The notes beneath the pieces were generated by a model, which searched no databases, was not told where the DNA came from, and saw nothing but the letters and a program-made list of their open reading frames with translations. A DNA stretch of 64,000 bases. Origin: Albugo candida (Eukaryota). A program made the position numbers and the translations under genes. Of the stretch, positions 47,991-60,455 are shown in pieces. The stretch spans positions 620,001 through 684,000 of the forward strand of contig JBDOQK010000006.1 in the NCBI GenBank assembly GCA_040437565.1, in the 5' to 3' direction. Positions within the stretch are counted from its first letter, which is position 1; the number at the start of each line of letters is the position of its first letter.

Positions 47991-49239
47991 TGTGCGACCT
48001 ACCCCAGAGGGCAATATCGCCTCTTCAATTGGGCTTAATTGCGCGGTGAGATATTTCGACGAGGAAGAGAAACGAGGCTTCCACACATTCGGTGTAGGAA
48101 ACAGAAAAGAGCTCCACCAGTCACACGGATTTCTGGTCAAACTTCCTTTTTCGTTGAGCTGGAGCATGAACATCGAATTGAAAGCGTTTACTGTAGAGAT
48201 ATCGCATGCTATTTTCTGGAAAAGAAGCAGTATACCAAGCGACTAAATGTCATTTTCCTTTTTTAAATAATATTAGATACGTATAATTGCATCTTATGTG
48301 GCATGTGAGGTAATAATTGCTTGGAAATACGGTGCACTATCCGCTGCTTTTCCTGTCGATTCTGCTACACAAAAGCTGCACGATTTTTCGAAGCTACAAA
48401 CTCAAAAACTATCGTCCCATCACTCCCCAGAAAGATCCTATTGTTTGTCAGGTTCAACACAGCTTGTGAATATACATACTACTGCGCAATCATGAACGCT
48501 CAAAGTAATTGCCACCGAAAGGGCAGATGAGCAACAGCGGGATGGGATCAGCGATTCACCACCTTCCTATGTATATTTGAGCGCGTTTTGAGGCCAATGG
48601 GCCGTTGACACATCTCCTGCAACTGACCAAACGTAAAATGACGCCGTATGCAGTAATCTTGTATTTTAGTTCTCAGGTTTATTGCGGTTCATTACGCTTC
48701 CGAACAGGAAATAAACTGCCCAATGCCCTACCACAACCGTCCACATTTTATCGATACTTTCGGGCTTCTCCGCCGACAATGTATCATCAATCCATTTGAA
48801 TTAGGCAGAACGAGACTGCGGTGACGTTTGTTCAAGCAATGCCCCATTACATCGCCCATTTCGCGGTTCCTTCCCACAAATGAGATCACACACATCTATC
48901 ACACGTATGCGAATAATTGTTTTGGGGGCAACTTATATGTCGAGCATGTAATAGCGCTCGGGGAAATACCATACTGAGATTTACGGTTGATGCATTGCGT
49001 TAATCGCTCCTTCGCAATCATGATTGCCGATTTCGAGTCATGATCTGCATCAGATCAGATGTCACCCGCAATTACGAACACTTACGTTATGTACCAAGGT
49101 ATCTACAAAATTCTGCGGTCACTCGGTGCAATGAATTCCGACAGCTATCATCGTTTTTCTTGCATAAACCTGCTTCGAGCAGCATGTCGCTAGAAACGGA
49201 TATACTTATCCATTGAAGCAGTAGGTTCGGATAAACATG

Positions 49240-50300
49240 CTATATTGTTGCAGCTCTCATCGATTCCGCTCCCGACTTTAATAATAGCTATATTGTACTC
49301 TTTCCCGATAATATATTTATATTATATCAAAACGATTTGTCAGATTGACATTGTGCTGGCAACTACTGCATGCTACCTCCACCGTAGCGTATGTTTCTCG
49401 TCTCCGAAGAGCTCATTTCAGACGTACAAACACACAGAAACACTATGTATACCCAATATTCTCACAGAACAGGACTATTACTTGTAGCGGACACAAGATG
49501 GATATATAATAGACCAAATCCTGCTGTTTTGCTGATGCCAGTAGATCCATTGGTGCTGGCTTTGATAGATACTACACAACAATGAACACGTACCCGCATA
49601 AGAGACCTGCCAGTGCTTTCGCATTCGTTCAAAGGCCGCATCAATAACATAACAGAGGATTGGCGACCATTTCTTCAGATCGAAAGAATAATGCAGCTGG
49701 ATTTCATGAATCAGATTCCGTGAAAATGTTTTCCGTTCAAATGTACGAGTCGAGTCCCACAATCACAATGATATTTACTGAAAAATGAACACTAATGCGT
49801 GACTTCAATCCATGTGATGGCTTCTTTCCAAAGTGGCAATTGTCCAAAGCTGGAGGGAATCACGTTACTCCCAGATTGTGTACCTGACGGTGGAAGATGT
49901 AAAAAAAATTTTGAGTAAAGAGGGATTGAGGAGAAACTCTTTCCATTGCGGCGAGAATTCTGGTTGTCTGAAATATGCGACACGTTGCTTGACTGATAGC
50001 ATATTGATGCTTGTATCTCCCAAATAAGGCTTCATCTTCTAAAGAGAATGAGGACAGGATCACTAACCACGCTGAGTCGAAAAAGCTTGTAAGCAGCAGT
50101 ACATTGGTCGAGTGAGTTTGTATGATGTCGACAATCTGGTGTGTCGTGATAATACCGCACTTATGGTTGTACAAGCCAATATGTAATTGTATATCTGCTA
50201 TACCACTTCAACATCATCGATTACGACCTTGCGTGATTTAGCATTACTTCCACCTTCCACCTAGCTGTTTCATGATGTACCATGACCAAGTGAGTGACAT
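49240..50300 (+). pseudogene. Degenerate ORF, possibly a distant relative of the WLYKP family
   Basis: Stop-riddled frames. ataccgcacttatggttgtacaagccaat (IPHLWLYKP, about 50152-50180) resembles atgcatacaatgtggttatacaagccaatg (MHTMWLYKPM) on the minus strand at about 45455 and 62210. Confidence 0.35.
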
Positions 50301-51548
50301 TACAGCTTGATTCTTACTTTTGCCGTCAATAACAAATATCTTTTCAGCCAGGATACCAGTGTTCTCTACGCGAGAGAAAGAAAGGAATTCAAATTCTGTT
50401 GACGTACCAAAATTGGAAGCAAACAGTACGGCGTGGCATTAGTTTTAGTATTATGTAAGCAAAGTGTCAGTTTTAAAGTGGTCTTCAGGTATCTTTTGAT
50501 TTTCTGATCTATTGTGTGTGCTTGTGAGAATGATTATCGGAGAAAGAAAGGACACAAAATGAAACATGCACAGTCATGCAGTGTCTTTTCCACTAAGAAA
50601 ATCGATGTTTCTTTTAGTTTGCAAACTAGTCACACCCACGCGGAAGCAACTNNNNNNNNNNNNNNNNNNNNNNNNNNNNNNNNNNNNNNNNNNNNNNNNN
50701 NNNNNNNNNNNNNNNNNNNNNNNNNNNNNNNNNNNNNNNNNNNNNNNNNNNCCACCTTCCACCTAGCTGTTTCATGATGTACCATGACCAAGTGAGTGAC
50801 ATTACAGCTTGATTCTTACTTTTGCCGTCAATAATAAATATCTTTTCAGCCAGGATACCAGTGTTCTCTACGCGAGAGAAAGAAAGGAATTCAAATTCTG
50901 TTGACGTACCAAAATTGGAAGAAATGATACGGCGTTTCCCACATATGACTAACTTGGTCAAATCTGGAGACACGCCGAAGGCAAAATTCACTTAGTGGGG
51001 CCGTCCACTCTCAAAACATATACATCATCCGAAATGACACACATGGTCGACGAAAAATCGCGAAATCAGAAAATCGCAAAATCGCATTCATACGTTGGCA
51101 CACGATTGGGTTTGCTTACCAAAACGGCGTGCTGGTAACATACACAAGGCTATCTGGTATGAAAGTGCATGTCGAAACTTGGTTCTGCATCAAGCACAGC
51201 TGATCCTTTGGCATTCGAGCGATACGCAGGCTATCTCAAATTACTTGGTATGAGGTTTCAATCATTGTCCGGTAATATCGTGATTGATACCCTTCGTGGG
51301 CCTCATTGCACCCCACCATGCCTTGTTCGAATATTACGTAAGAAATACAAATCGAAACCAATTTTAAACGGGTCCAAGTAAAGCATAACTACCAGAATAG
51401 CAAAACAACTTATATTCATTAAAATTATGTGTTGCAACTCGACAGAGCTGGAATTGAAGAGAGCTAAGCCCTTGATGACGTAATGAGGTCATCAGCAGCA
51501 GTTCCAGCACTTTCGCATTGTATCCATATTGACGTGATGAGGTCGTGG

Positions 51549-51740
51549 TATTGGAAGAGCAACAGTCGCTGTCAGTGTTGCTGTCGACCGATCACATTTG
51601 GAGTAACGGCTGTTTCTATCCTTGGACGGTGTAGTAAAACCAGGCAAAGATGATTTCTTGTGAAGAGACGAAACCGTCGTAGCATGTAGATAACAATAGA
51701 AAAAACTTCTACATTTGCACTGGCATCATTCCTTTGAACA
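51549..51740 (+). repeat. 5' LTR of the Copia element
   Basis: tattggaagagcaacagtcgc...cattcctttgaaca; direct repeat of 53535-53726. Confidence 0.93.
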
Positions 51741-53534
51741 CGTTATGAGCCCAATAAATAATGCCGCCCACGCGGTGGAGTCCACCACGGGGTCTAAGAC
51801 AGTTGCTGGTCGCGAAAGGGCCTGTGGTCTACAAAACGATGACTTAGAAGTCAAGGCAGATTCGACGCCATGGAACACTGATGACAGGTTAGCGGACCTC
51901 CTGATGGGACTAGCGGAGAGAATCGACAAGCTAAAAGCGTCACAAAGGGCCAAGGACCAGTTACTGGAGAGGGAGTCCAGCGTGTTCGGCTCGGTGATTG
52001 GCCAGGAACAGCCTGTGAATCGGGGTGCTCTCGATGTGACACCGCCATGGCTCGGTCGAGAAAGCTGTCTCCAAGAACATACTTTGGGTGAATCAACCTG
52101 GGTATGCAAGGGCGGATGACAATGTCNNNNNNNNNNNNNNNNNNNNNNNNNNNNNNNNNNNNNNNNNNNNNNNNNNNNNNNNNNNNNNNNNNNNNNNNNN
52201 NNNNNNNNNNNNNNNNNNNNNNNNNNCGGCGAAGATTATACTGGTACTTGCGCTGCGTTGGGTGGTACCAGCTATCCATGGCGACATCCCTAACGCGTAC
52301 GTGAAGGCGGACAAAGAAGAACATTTGGAGATTTTTGTTGCTGTACCTCAAGGAATGGTTGTGTTAGATGTGATGTTGAAGAAAGTTGGTGTATAAGGCA
52401 TCGAGAAACCGGCATTTTACGGCTAAAAAAGTCTCTTTAAGGGCTTAGACAAGCGGGTGGCCTTTGGGGCAACCTATTAAACTCGAAACCGGAAGAAAAT
52501 GGGCTCGCTCGCAGCTCGTCAGACGCGTTCATGTATTTTAATTGCGACGAAGGAGAGCTAACCATTGTCGGGGTGTATGTGGACGATTTGTTAGTCACGG
52601 CGTCTAGCCAAAACAAGGTGAAAAAGTACTTCAAATCCATAAGCGTTCTGTCTCTCTAGGACTTGGGTGAAGTTAACAATTTCTTGGGCATGTGTGTGGC
52701 CTTGAAGGAGAATAATACGTAAACTATTGACCAAACTGCGGCTATCGAAGAGATACTGGGTCAAAATGGGCTAATGGAAGCAAATGGTGTGAAGGTGCCT
52801 ATCGGTGAAGACAGTAACGACATTGAAACGGAATCGATGTATTTGTTAGCAAAACGGGGTGAAAATGGCGATCCAACTACACGAGATTTTCAGTCGCTAG
52901 TCGGTAGCCTTCTGTGGATTGCTCGATGCTCGACCTGATATTATCTTCGCGGTTCACAGGGCGACGAGACGTACTCACCAGCCTACCGTCAGCGATTGGA
53001 AGTTGGCGAAGCGCGTTGATCGATACTTGAAAGCAACAAACGACATGAAGGTTCACATGATTATTGACCCACAAGATAGTGGTATCACGGTGACAAGCTA
53101 GAGGGACTCAGACTTCGCAGCAAACAAAACCGATCGCAAGTCAATAACTGGTGGGGTAATTACGATGAATGGAGTGAGCGTGCAGTGGGTATGCAAAAGG
53201 AAGACTGGAGTGTCCCTGTTCAGATGCAAAAAGAGATTGGTCTTTCTGTGACGGAACCAATGAGCATGCTGATGGATAATCAAGCAGCAATCAAGCAGTT
53301 AGAGTGTGAAGGAAGCATGTCAAGTACGAAATACGTGGATGTGCGCATGAAGTTCATCTTCGATTATGCCAAAAAAAGGTATAGTCAAACCTGAACTCGT
53401 CAAGCCAAAGCTAATGAAGGCGGACCTGTTGACGAAAACACTGTCGGACCCAGGGTGACGGAGTTGCGAGGATTGTTTAATCTTGTGTGATTGTGTGCAG
53501 GTGGGCCGGTTGAAACGCGTCGTCCGAGGAGGAT

Positions 53535-53726
53535 TATTGGGAGAGCAACAGTCGCTGTCAAAGCGTTGCTGTCTACCGACGACATCTGGAGTAACGGCTG
53601 TTTCTATCATTGGACGGTGTAGAAAAACCAGAAGAAGATGATTTCTTGTATAGACGAAACCGTCGTAGCATGTAGATAACAATAAATAACACTTCTACCT
53701 TTGCACTGGCATCATTCCTTTGAACA
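53535..53726 (+). repeat. 3' LTR of the Copia element
   Basis: tattgggagagcaacagtcgc...cattcctttgaaca; preceded by a polypurine tract and followed by the TSD. Confidence 0.93.
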
Positions 53727-53790
53727 CGTGGACAACTTCGTCGGGTGCTTAATTCCCTCTGTCAACTACCATAAGGACGTAATGAGGTAA

Positions 53791-54816
53791 TCATGGTACT
53801 TTCCAGCACTTGCATTGTATCCGTATTGACGTTATGAGGTCATGGACAAATGTGCCAGGGGCTTTCTTTCCAAAAGCGTACGAGGCCGTGCTAGTTCTTC
53901 GTCTTGTCGTGTCCAGTTGATATCGTGTCCAGTAGTAGTCTTTGTGCTTCAATCGTATACTCGGAAGACGCAATGAGGTCAAATCCAAGATGCACTGAAC
54001 GTTCATGGACTGCCGTTTCTTAATTGATACTTCTGTTTCCCGCGGTTTGGTTCTGAAGTGCACACGATGTATTGCTGTCGTTGGTTTCTTCATCCGCGTC
54101 CAAATAGCTGAGCTGATCCTTCATGAAAGGGTTCAACTCTTTGAGCATTGACCGAGCTTTCACAAACTCCGCATTGCATTTCATACTTGCTTGCTCCATT
54201 TGCTTGATCCTTTCTTGACTGCGTCGATGTTGCTGTTGGTAATGAAGCTTCATCTTGTCCAGATGAGCCGTTTGCCGATTCGCAAGTTCGGCAGTCTCCG
54301 AATCACCTTCGTGCTTGAGATCGATTCGTTGTCGTTGTTGCTGCTCCATGAAAATTTTATATACCTCCAACATCGTCTTTGATCGAGACAACTCTCCCTT
54401 TAGAATCGTCTGTCCATCCATTAGCTCCTTCAACTTTTCGCCGTCCGTTTCGCTTGCTTTGTAAGCATCATCCAGCTTGCTTTGACAAATTACGTTGCGT
54501 TGACGGCTAGCTTCCAGCCGCTTGCTGTTCTTCAACGTCGGCTTTGAGTGCACCGATTTGTTGATTAGAGCTTTGAAGTTGAGAGTTCTTCATCTCCAGG
54601 GAGCGCGACAACTGAACGTTCTCTTTTTTCAGTTGCGCTAATTCTCTCAGCCGTGGTTGGATTTCCGATGTTGGAGAAGGCGGAATTAGCGGGTAAGACG
54701 TTATCAATGTGTACATCCACTTTTGTGTGTCTTTTGCGATGAGTGATTTGATGCAAAGGATACACAGAAGTGGATGCACGCATGCATGGTTGTGTAGTAA
54801 ATTGCAAAGTACGTTA
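53791..54816 (-). pseudogene. Repeated cassette copy B: frameshifted coiled-coil ORF plus upstream element (internally deleted)
   Basis: QPRLRELAQLKKENVQLSRSLEMKNSQLQSSNQQIGALK...RQRNVICQSKLDD... with a frameshift, homologous to 62898-63080. 54677-54816 is essentially identical to 63506-63645. Confidence 0.75.
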
Positions 54817-55824
54817 NNNNNNNNNNNNNNNNNNNNNNNNNNNNNNNNNNNNNNNNNNNNNNNNNNNNNNNNNNNNNNNNNNNNNNNNNNNNNNNNNNNN
54901 NNNNNNNNNNNNNNNNAAAAAACTCTTTCTTCTACCTTTACCCTGGACTTGCATTCGCATATGGGTTCTTCCTAACTATCCCTGTACTCCATAATTTTGC
55001 TTACATAATGCATCTCTTCCCTTCATTTGTAGTGCAAACCTCGCTGGAATCAATCACCTTGTTCATGTTTCTCATGAATGATCATTGCGGCAATATATAA
55101 ATTCTTCATCAGAGCGTCTGCTAGAAGTTGCGCCATCACTATTATTTACGTGGATGACGCTATTTCTTAAAAGGTAAACTCAATGCATCATTGCGTCTAG
55201 ATGCGGATAGTAGATTTGGATTTTTGCTAAGTGCGCATGGCAAAGTGTAAATGGTACACTGCGCATGCCGCAGTGAAGTGTCAATTCTCCAAAACAGACA
55301 CTTCTTCGTTACCACACGAGTAATCTTACGATGAACCTGATGAGGCCGTCGGGAAGACTTATATCAAGGTGAATCGGGAGCGATGTGTGACAGAAACTTC
55401 AGTGATCGCGCATACAGCGCAAAAGATGGTAAAGGTAACTTACAATGATGGCAGAAATCGCTTAATTTATATACATTTCCTGGCTATTATCACACTCAGG
55501 TGATGTAAGTTCTAGCGGAATTGAATCACGCTTAGGCTGTTTTCTTCCAATCGTTCTTGTAAGGGCCTCTGCGATTCTTTTGAAAATACAACTGAACCTA
55601 GAGTCAGGAAAATACAGACGCAGGGGGTGGGATGATTAATCTTTCCGGCCTGGAGGCTATGTACGGTCCGACGTGTTCGCGCGAACTTGATTTCGGTAAG
55701 GTCGTAATAGCTCCGTTATTTTCAGCCCTCTCCCCTTGCTGAATTTGATTAACGGCTTTGTCCTTTCTTCCACCACCATTCTTCTTCGTGGAAGGTCCAC
55801 CCTGCACGGTGGTGGCTAGTGTGC

Positions 55825-56265
55825 TTATAATTTTTTGGTCGACTTGTACATTGATTTTAGTTTTGTACCACCTTTCTCTATTCCCTTTTCTAGTGATGAT
55901 TTACCTATCAATGGATCCTTTGGGTTGCCACCTGTAGGTTTCTCCTTCGTGAATGACGTCGGATTACCTTTACCTTTTAAGGATATTGTTGGGACCATGT
56001 TGCTGAGAGAATTGCCATAAGATTGTACTTTATTTGTCCATTTCTTTGTGGTTGTTCGAATTCGGCTTTGCGCAACACCAATATGTCCACGTAGCCTAGA
56101 AACCACCGGCGTACTTTTCTGGTTCAGCCCACGATTCAATTCATTATTGTGAGGCGCCACGTGAATAAGTGCGGTGACACCGGATGAGTAGTCGTTCAAT
56201 GTTGCTAGTAAGATGATGAGAGACAAGAAGAGCGTTCTAAATCGATTGATGGACCGTGCTGTCAT
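55825..56265 (-). CDS. Small secreted protein, candidate RXL/RXLR-like effector (146 aa as assembled)
   Basis: N-terminal signal-peptide pattern MTARSINRFRTLFLSLIILLATLNDYSSG/VTA; RGLN (aa 45-48) and SRLRG (aa 56-60); K/G/T-rich body; intronless; located in the gene-sparse repeat region. Confidence 0.6.
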   Translation of the reverse strand: MTARSINRFRTLFLSLIILLATLNDYSSGVTALIHVAPHNNELNRGLNQKSTPVVSRLRGHIGVAQSRIRTTTKKWTNKVQSYGNSLSNMVPTISLKGKGNPTSFTKEKPTGGNPKDPLIGKSSLEKGIEKGGTKLKSMYKSTKKL

Positions 56266-57189
56266 CGTTATGTTAAATCCCGATGCTCGCTCCGTCTCCA
56301 CTTGAAAAATGCTTACTTTACATTGCACATATCCAATGCAACCATCCACAGCGATCTGTCTTAACAACTCTACAGCTACGCAGCCTGCACCCAGCCACGT
56401 ATATCAGACCCTCTTCCATTCAAAGCGACGAAGCCCCTCCCCCTTCAATGATTCTAGCCTAGATGTTTATTGATGCTTCTCAACGAATGTTGTTCGGCTG
56501 TATTCCGTCCACTTGTATGCCCACGGCTACGTGTTATTTGCCAGCTAATGGCCCCCATGTGGCCGTTTCATGGCATACGGAGAGGGGGGGGGTTAGTGAC
56601 ACCTGGTCACTACTGTAATCAAGAACCTAATGTCTTCCACGTTCGTGCTTGTAGGGTGTTTCTATCTCCTGTTGTGCGTGCAATGAAAGTATAATTCTAG
56701 CTTTTTGTAGGGCGAGTAGGAAGTAATGTACTGGGGAGTGACACTCAAGCTGACATAGATACATATGATGCCAGACGCTGGAACAATCACCATTCTTTTG
56801 ATGGTCTACTGTCTCCAGCTGGTACAGCAAGATAGCGCTCGCAAGAGGTACGATACGTGAGATTTGCGTCATTAACGAAGTTGCAGATTATACATTAAAA
56901 GGAAACAATAGACTGACTCAAGTTGCTCCCAAGGATTCGCATGATCCGCTGCACATACAATAAAATGACAAATTGTTAGTAGCAAGGGCTTATGCAAATG
57001 GAAATTGATAGCAACGATGTCATCACAATACGGAGCCAATAGATCTTACCACTGCCCTTTGATATGTAATAGGAACATGCATAACTGTATCGTTTCCATT
57101 TTTGTTGGCAAGCACGATTTCGACTTGCAATACCACATCACATTTATCTCGTGAACTCACTTGCATTCGACACATTGTGCAGTTGATGA

Positions 57190-58085
57190 ATAACGATTAA
57201 TCCAGTAAAGGATGGCAAACAACATATGCACCATAACTAAGGTAAAGTTTGAATGTGAGCTGACAGAGGAATATGAGGTTATGGGCTTCGAAAAGGCCTC
57301 GAGAGACCCACGTGTATGTGAATAAACGCAAATATTCTCGAAGATTGGATACTTTTTCCTGCTGCTTGTCACTCGGAAGCTCTCGATTAATTGCTTTGAA
57401 AAGGAAGGTAATGAATGAATCCAACGAGTAGCGCTAGATATGATCAATGGCGCTCGGTTTTGTAAGGAGAAAGTAGAGTATGGATCCCTCTGCTGCTGCG
57501 GGACGATACCACTCTCTTGTTGTGTTGATGATTATCTCAGTCTCCTGATTCCGCTTTCATAGAGATGGAGATATTCGTAGCCTTTTCTTGGTCTTTTCGA
57601 ACGACTCGATCAATTGTACATCGCTCAGAATATCGTCATAGCAATTGGCAAGCCTCTCCGACAACTGGTCTTCCAAATTGACCAAATCGATCTTGCATTT
57701 CTGAATGGCGACTACCAGCCCTTGCTTTTGGCGCTCGAGTTCGGGCTGTTCTCATTTGACAACTTTCTCCAGCAATTGACCTCGAGACAATTTCTTATGG
57801 GACCTATGAGTCCGAAGTCGAAGCGATAAAATTGATCGGTGTACATTGAGCAGCGATTTATGGCTTGCAGTGCGGACTCGATAGCTTTGTTTGGAGTTAC
57901 TTGAAGAAGTTGAGATCGTACTGCACTTCTTCTCCAGCTAATTTGAGGTACAAGCTTGTAGAGGATCCGACGTTCCTGTACACAGCCCGACCCAAGCACA
58001 GGGTCGAGCGTTGTGTTAATTTCCTCGGTTATATTCTCAATGATGACCACATACCCATTCACAATAGCACTTTCCAACTTCCATA
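57190..58085 (-). pseudogene. Axonemal dynein heavy chain fragment (AAA5 to C-terminal region), degraded
   Basis: ESAIVNGYVVIIENITEEINTTLDPVLG, EGSILYFLL, YSLDSFITFLFKAI and FTYTWVSRGLFEAHNLIF. About 0.9 kb of a normally much larger gene, with stops and frameshifts. Confidence 0.85.
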
Positions 58086-59939
58086 AGGTTGCGTGAGAAA
58101 CCCAGTACGAGGTAAACTCACGTCACGTTACTTTTGTGAGTATGATGAAAATCTTCCCGTCTCCCAATCATAATCAGGATAGCTGATTTGCGCTTTAAGC
58201 CCGTATAGGTGCTTACAAATCTCTGAAGCCATCATATAGACATGTTTCAATCTGAGAGTAAGTATAGAATCGCTCAGTGATACAACAGATTTTGAAAGGC
58301 TTTCATCACTGACGAAGGCAATAAATGCGTTTGGTGGTAGTTCCTCGGCAAGAATTCATGCTAAAGATGCCACGGAATACAGTGAGTCGACCAGCAATCT
58401 TACACTTTGATGTAAATGATGCTGATATTGTATACGAGATTCTTTTCAATATAAAGATCCATAAAGATCTCCGTGGATGCACATGTAAGCCCAAATTGTT
58501 TCGCCTCTTTTTCAAGCCTTCTTTTGCGGTGTAATTACGGCAGATGCTTCTTCGAAGCATGAATACCCGAGCTTTAGCACCTCCAAAGAGTTATATGTAT
58601 TCTTTACGGTGGAATATGCTGTCGGTGCTTGACATCTCATTCTGATAGAAAGCGACTATCGTTTGTGGTACTCGAACGGTCCGTCCGTAGTACTTCTTTT
58701 TCGTGTTAATCCACCATACGCGTGGAATGGACCCCATACATAATCAGCTCAAGTCCCTTTGATTGCATGAGTGGATGGCATTTACTATATTAATGTATGA
58801 TGTCAGATGGCTTCATCTAAGTATGTCGGAGTCAGTTTTCTTACGTACCACTTCGTGTCTGTTGGTATGCACCTCACGTGTTTGATTTTCTGCAACTATA
58901 GAGCCTCATCATGTGAAACTAGTACACCAATCATGAAGTCAGTCTGTTGAGACCAATTTTAAACGTTTGCGTTGTAACTGGGCATTGAGTTCTCAGTCTT
59001 CTTGATTGCCGTCGAAAGGACCTATCACGTCCCGAATTTATATTTGCCTGAATGTTTGTATCAAGAGCATTAAGCGATCCGATGGCAATGTCAGTAATCC
59101 TCCGTGATGTTTGCACGCCAGAGCCCTAGCAACATTTGATCCAGCTAACCTACACCAGAATTTATCTACTTGAGAATGTCCAGCGTGTATTTCGATCTCA
59201 CGTATTTGTGCTGCAAAGTAATCAATTTTAGTATAAGAAGCGCAGCGTGTCTTGAACCGAATTCATAACCGTTGATACCTTTGCAACTGTGACACACTGC
59301 AAAGATGACGCTTTCATAAATATGTTCCGAATTCTTCTACGAGACATTTATCAGCCACTGCTACAGTACAGATAGTCCATGCTTAGTCCATCCATTCACA
59401 TTTTATACTTATCGATGTAACATCACACATCATGGAAACTTCTCCGGCCAAAGTATTTGCAAAGGCATATGGGATGCAATGCTTTAGAAATGGATATTAT
59501 GAAGCGTACGCTGAACAGGATCATCGCACAGTACCTGGGCTAGTCTGGATTTGGCTGTATTTGCGCATTTCCATAGGCGTTGATTGGGATTCCCTTCGGA
59601 TCTTCTTATCTTTGACCATACAAAAAAGTGCCGTCTTCCTCAAGTATCGATATACCGGTGAGCGTCACGATGTTTGAGCGAGGTCGCATCAACACGCTCC
59701 ATTCTCCTCCTAGCAGACGCGCCATTTTCGTAGAGACGTGGAATGCTTTTCTTCCTTCTGATATTAATTTTCTTGCAAGGAATATCTCGAGTTTGTTCCG
59801 ACAAGATTACGTGTTTGTACCAGGCAGAGATAAGCTATCGCGTTCTTTGCGAGAAACCCGGCATGCTGGCTTTCTTCGACGTTCAGCTCGTCCGCTTGAA
59901 AGCTTCCAGAACAAGCGTATAGTTTGAAAGATTAGCTCG

Positions 59940-60445
59940 AGAAAGATGAAATATTATAGAAAAGCATGAATCTTTGTAAAGCCGATGGCAACCACAACAA
60001 TATCACACAAATCAGAGAGGAAATTGGCACACTCGGAACATCAAATCACTTCAAGATGAGTCAAAATGCACTCAAGGGTTTGCCTAAAGATTTTTTAAAC
60101 TCCTATAATAAGTCGATGTTGACCTCAGTTCAGTACGTTGAAGGCTGGTGAAATCTCGTTCTTCTTTGATGTCATGTTTTTGTGTACAGCAACCAGTATT
60201 CAACTGGCTTTCCAGTCGAAGTCGGAGACTTGCGAAATCTTCGTGAGCTTAATTTGTCGCACAACAACCTGACGGCACTGCCCTAAAGTATTGGAAAGCT
60301 TACTTTTATTATCGATCGCAGAGGCTTACCGGCGTTACCAGACTCTAACGGGAATTTGATGGCTTTTGATCGAATCGTTGCCCTAGATCTGCCTCAGATT
60401 CAACGGATCGAGATGCCTTACCTCCCATCCACAATAGGGATCAAA
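59940..60445 (+). pseudogene. Leucine-rich-repeat gene fragment
   Basis: HNNITQIREEIGTL, MSQNALKGLPKDF and FPVEVGDLRNLRELNLSHNNLTALP*SIGKL (LxxLxLxxNxLxxLPxxIG consensus, in-frame stop). Confidence 0.8.
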
Positions 60446-60455
60446 CAAGTTAAGG

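Larger units (their letters stand above)
51549..53726 (+). mobile_element. Decayed Ty1/Copia LTR retrotransposon with 5-bp TSD (CGTGG); interior interrupted by an assembly gap
   Basis: 192-bp LTRs at 51549-51740 and 53535-53726; CGTGG at 51544-51548 and 53727-53731; PBS-like cgttatgagccc after the 5' LTR; PPT gaggaggat before the 3' LTR. RT motifs HGDIPNAYVKA, LKKSL*GLRQAG and VGVYVDDLL; RNase H motifs DSDFAA...DRKSITG and MDNQAAI...KYVDVR. Multiple stops. Confidence 0.95.

Noticed and set aside
51476..53850. Repeated gacgtNatgaggt units as a CRISPR-like array
   Set aside because: Only four short degenerate units, the spacers resemble each other, the context is eukaryotic, and no cas genes are present.
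58100..59930. Short ORFs between the dynein and LRR fragments
   Set aside because: No recognisable family; left uncalled pending a BLASTX search.
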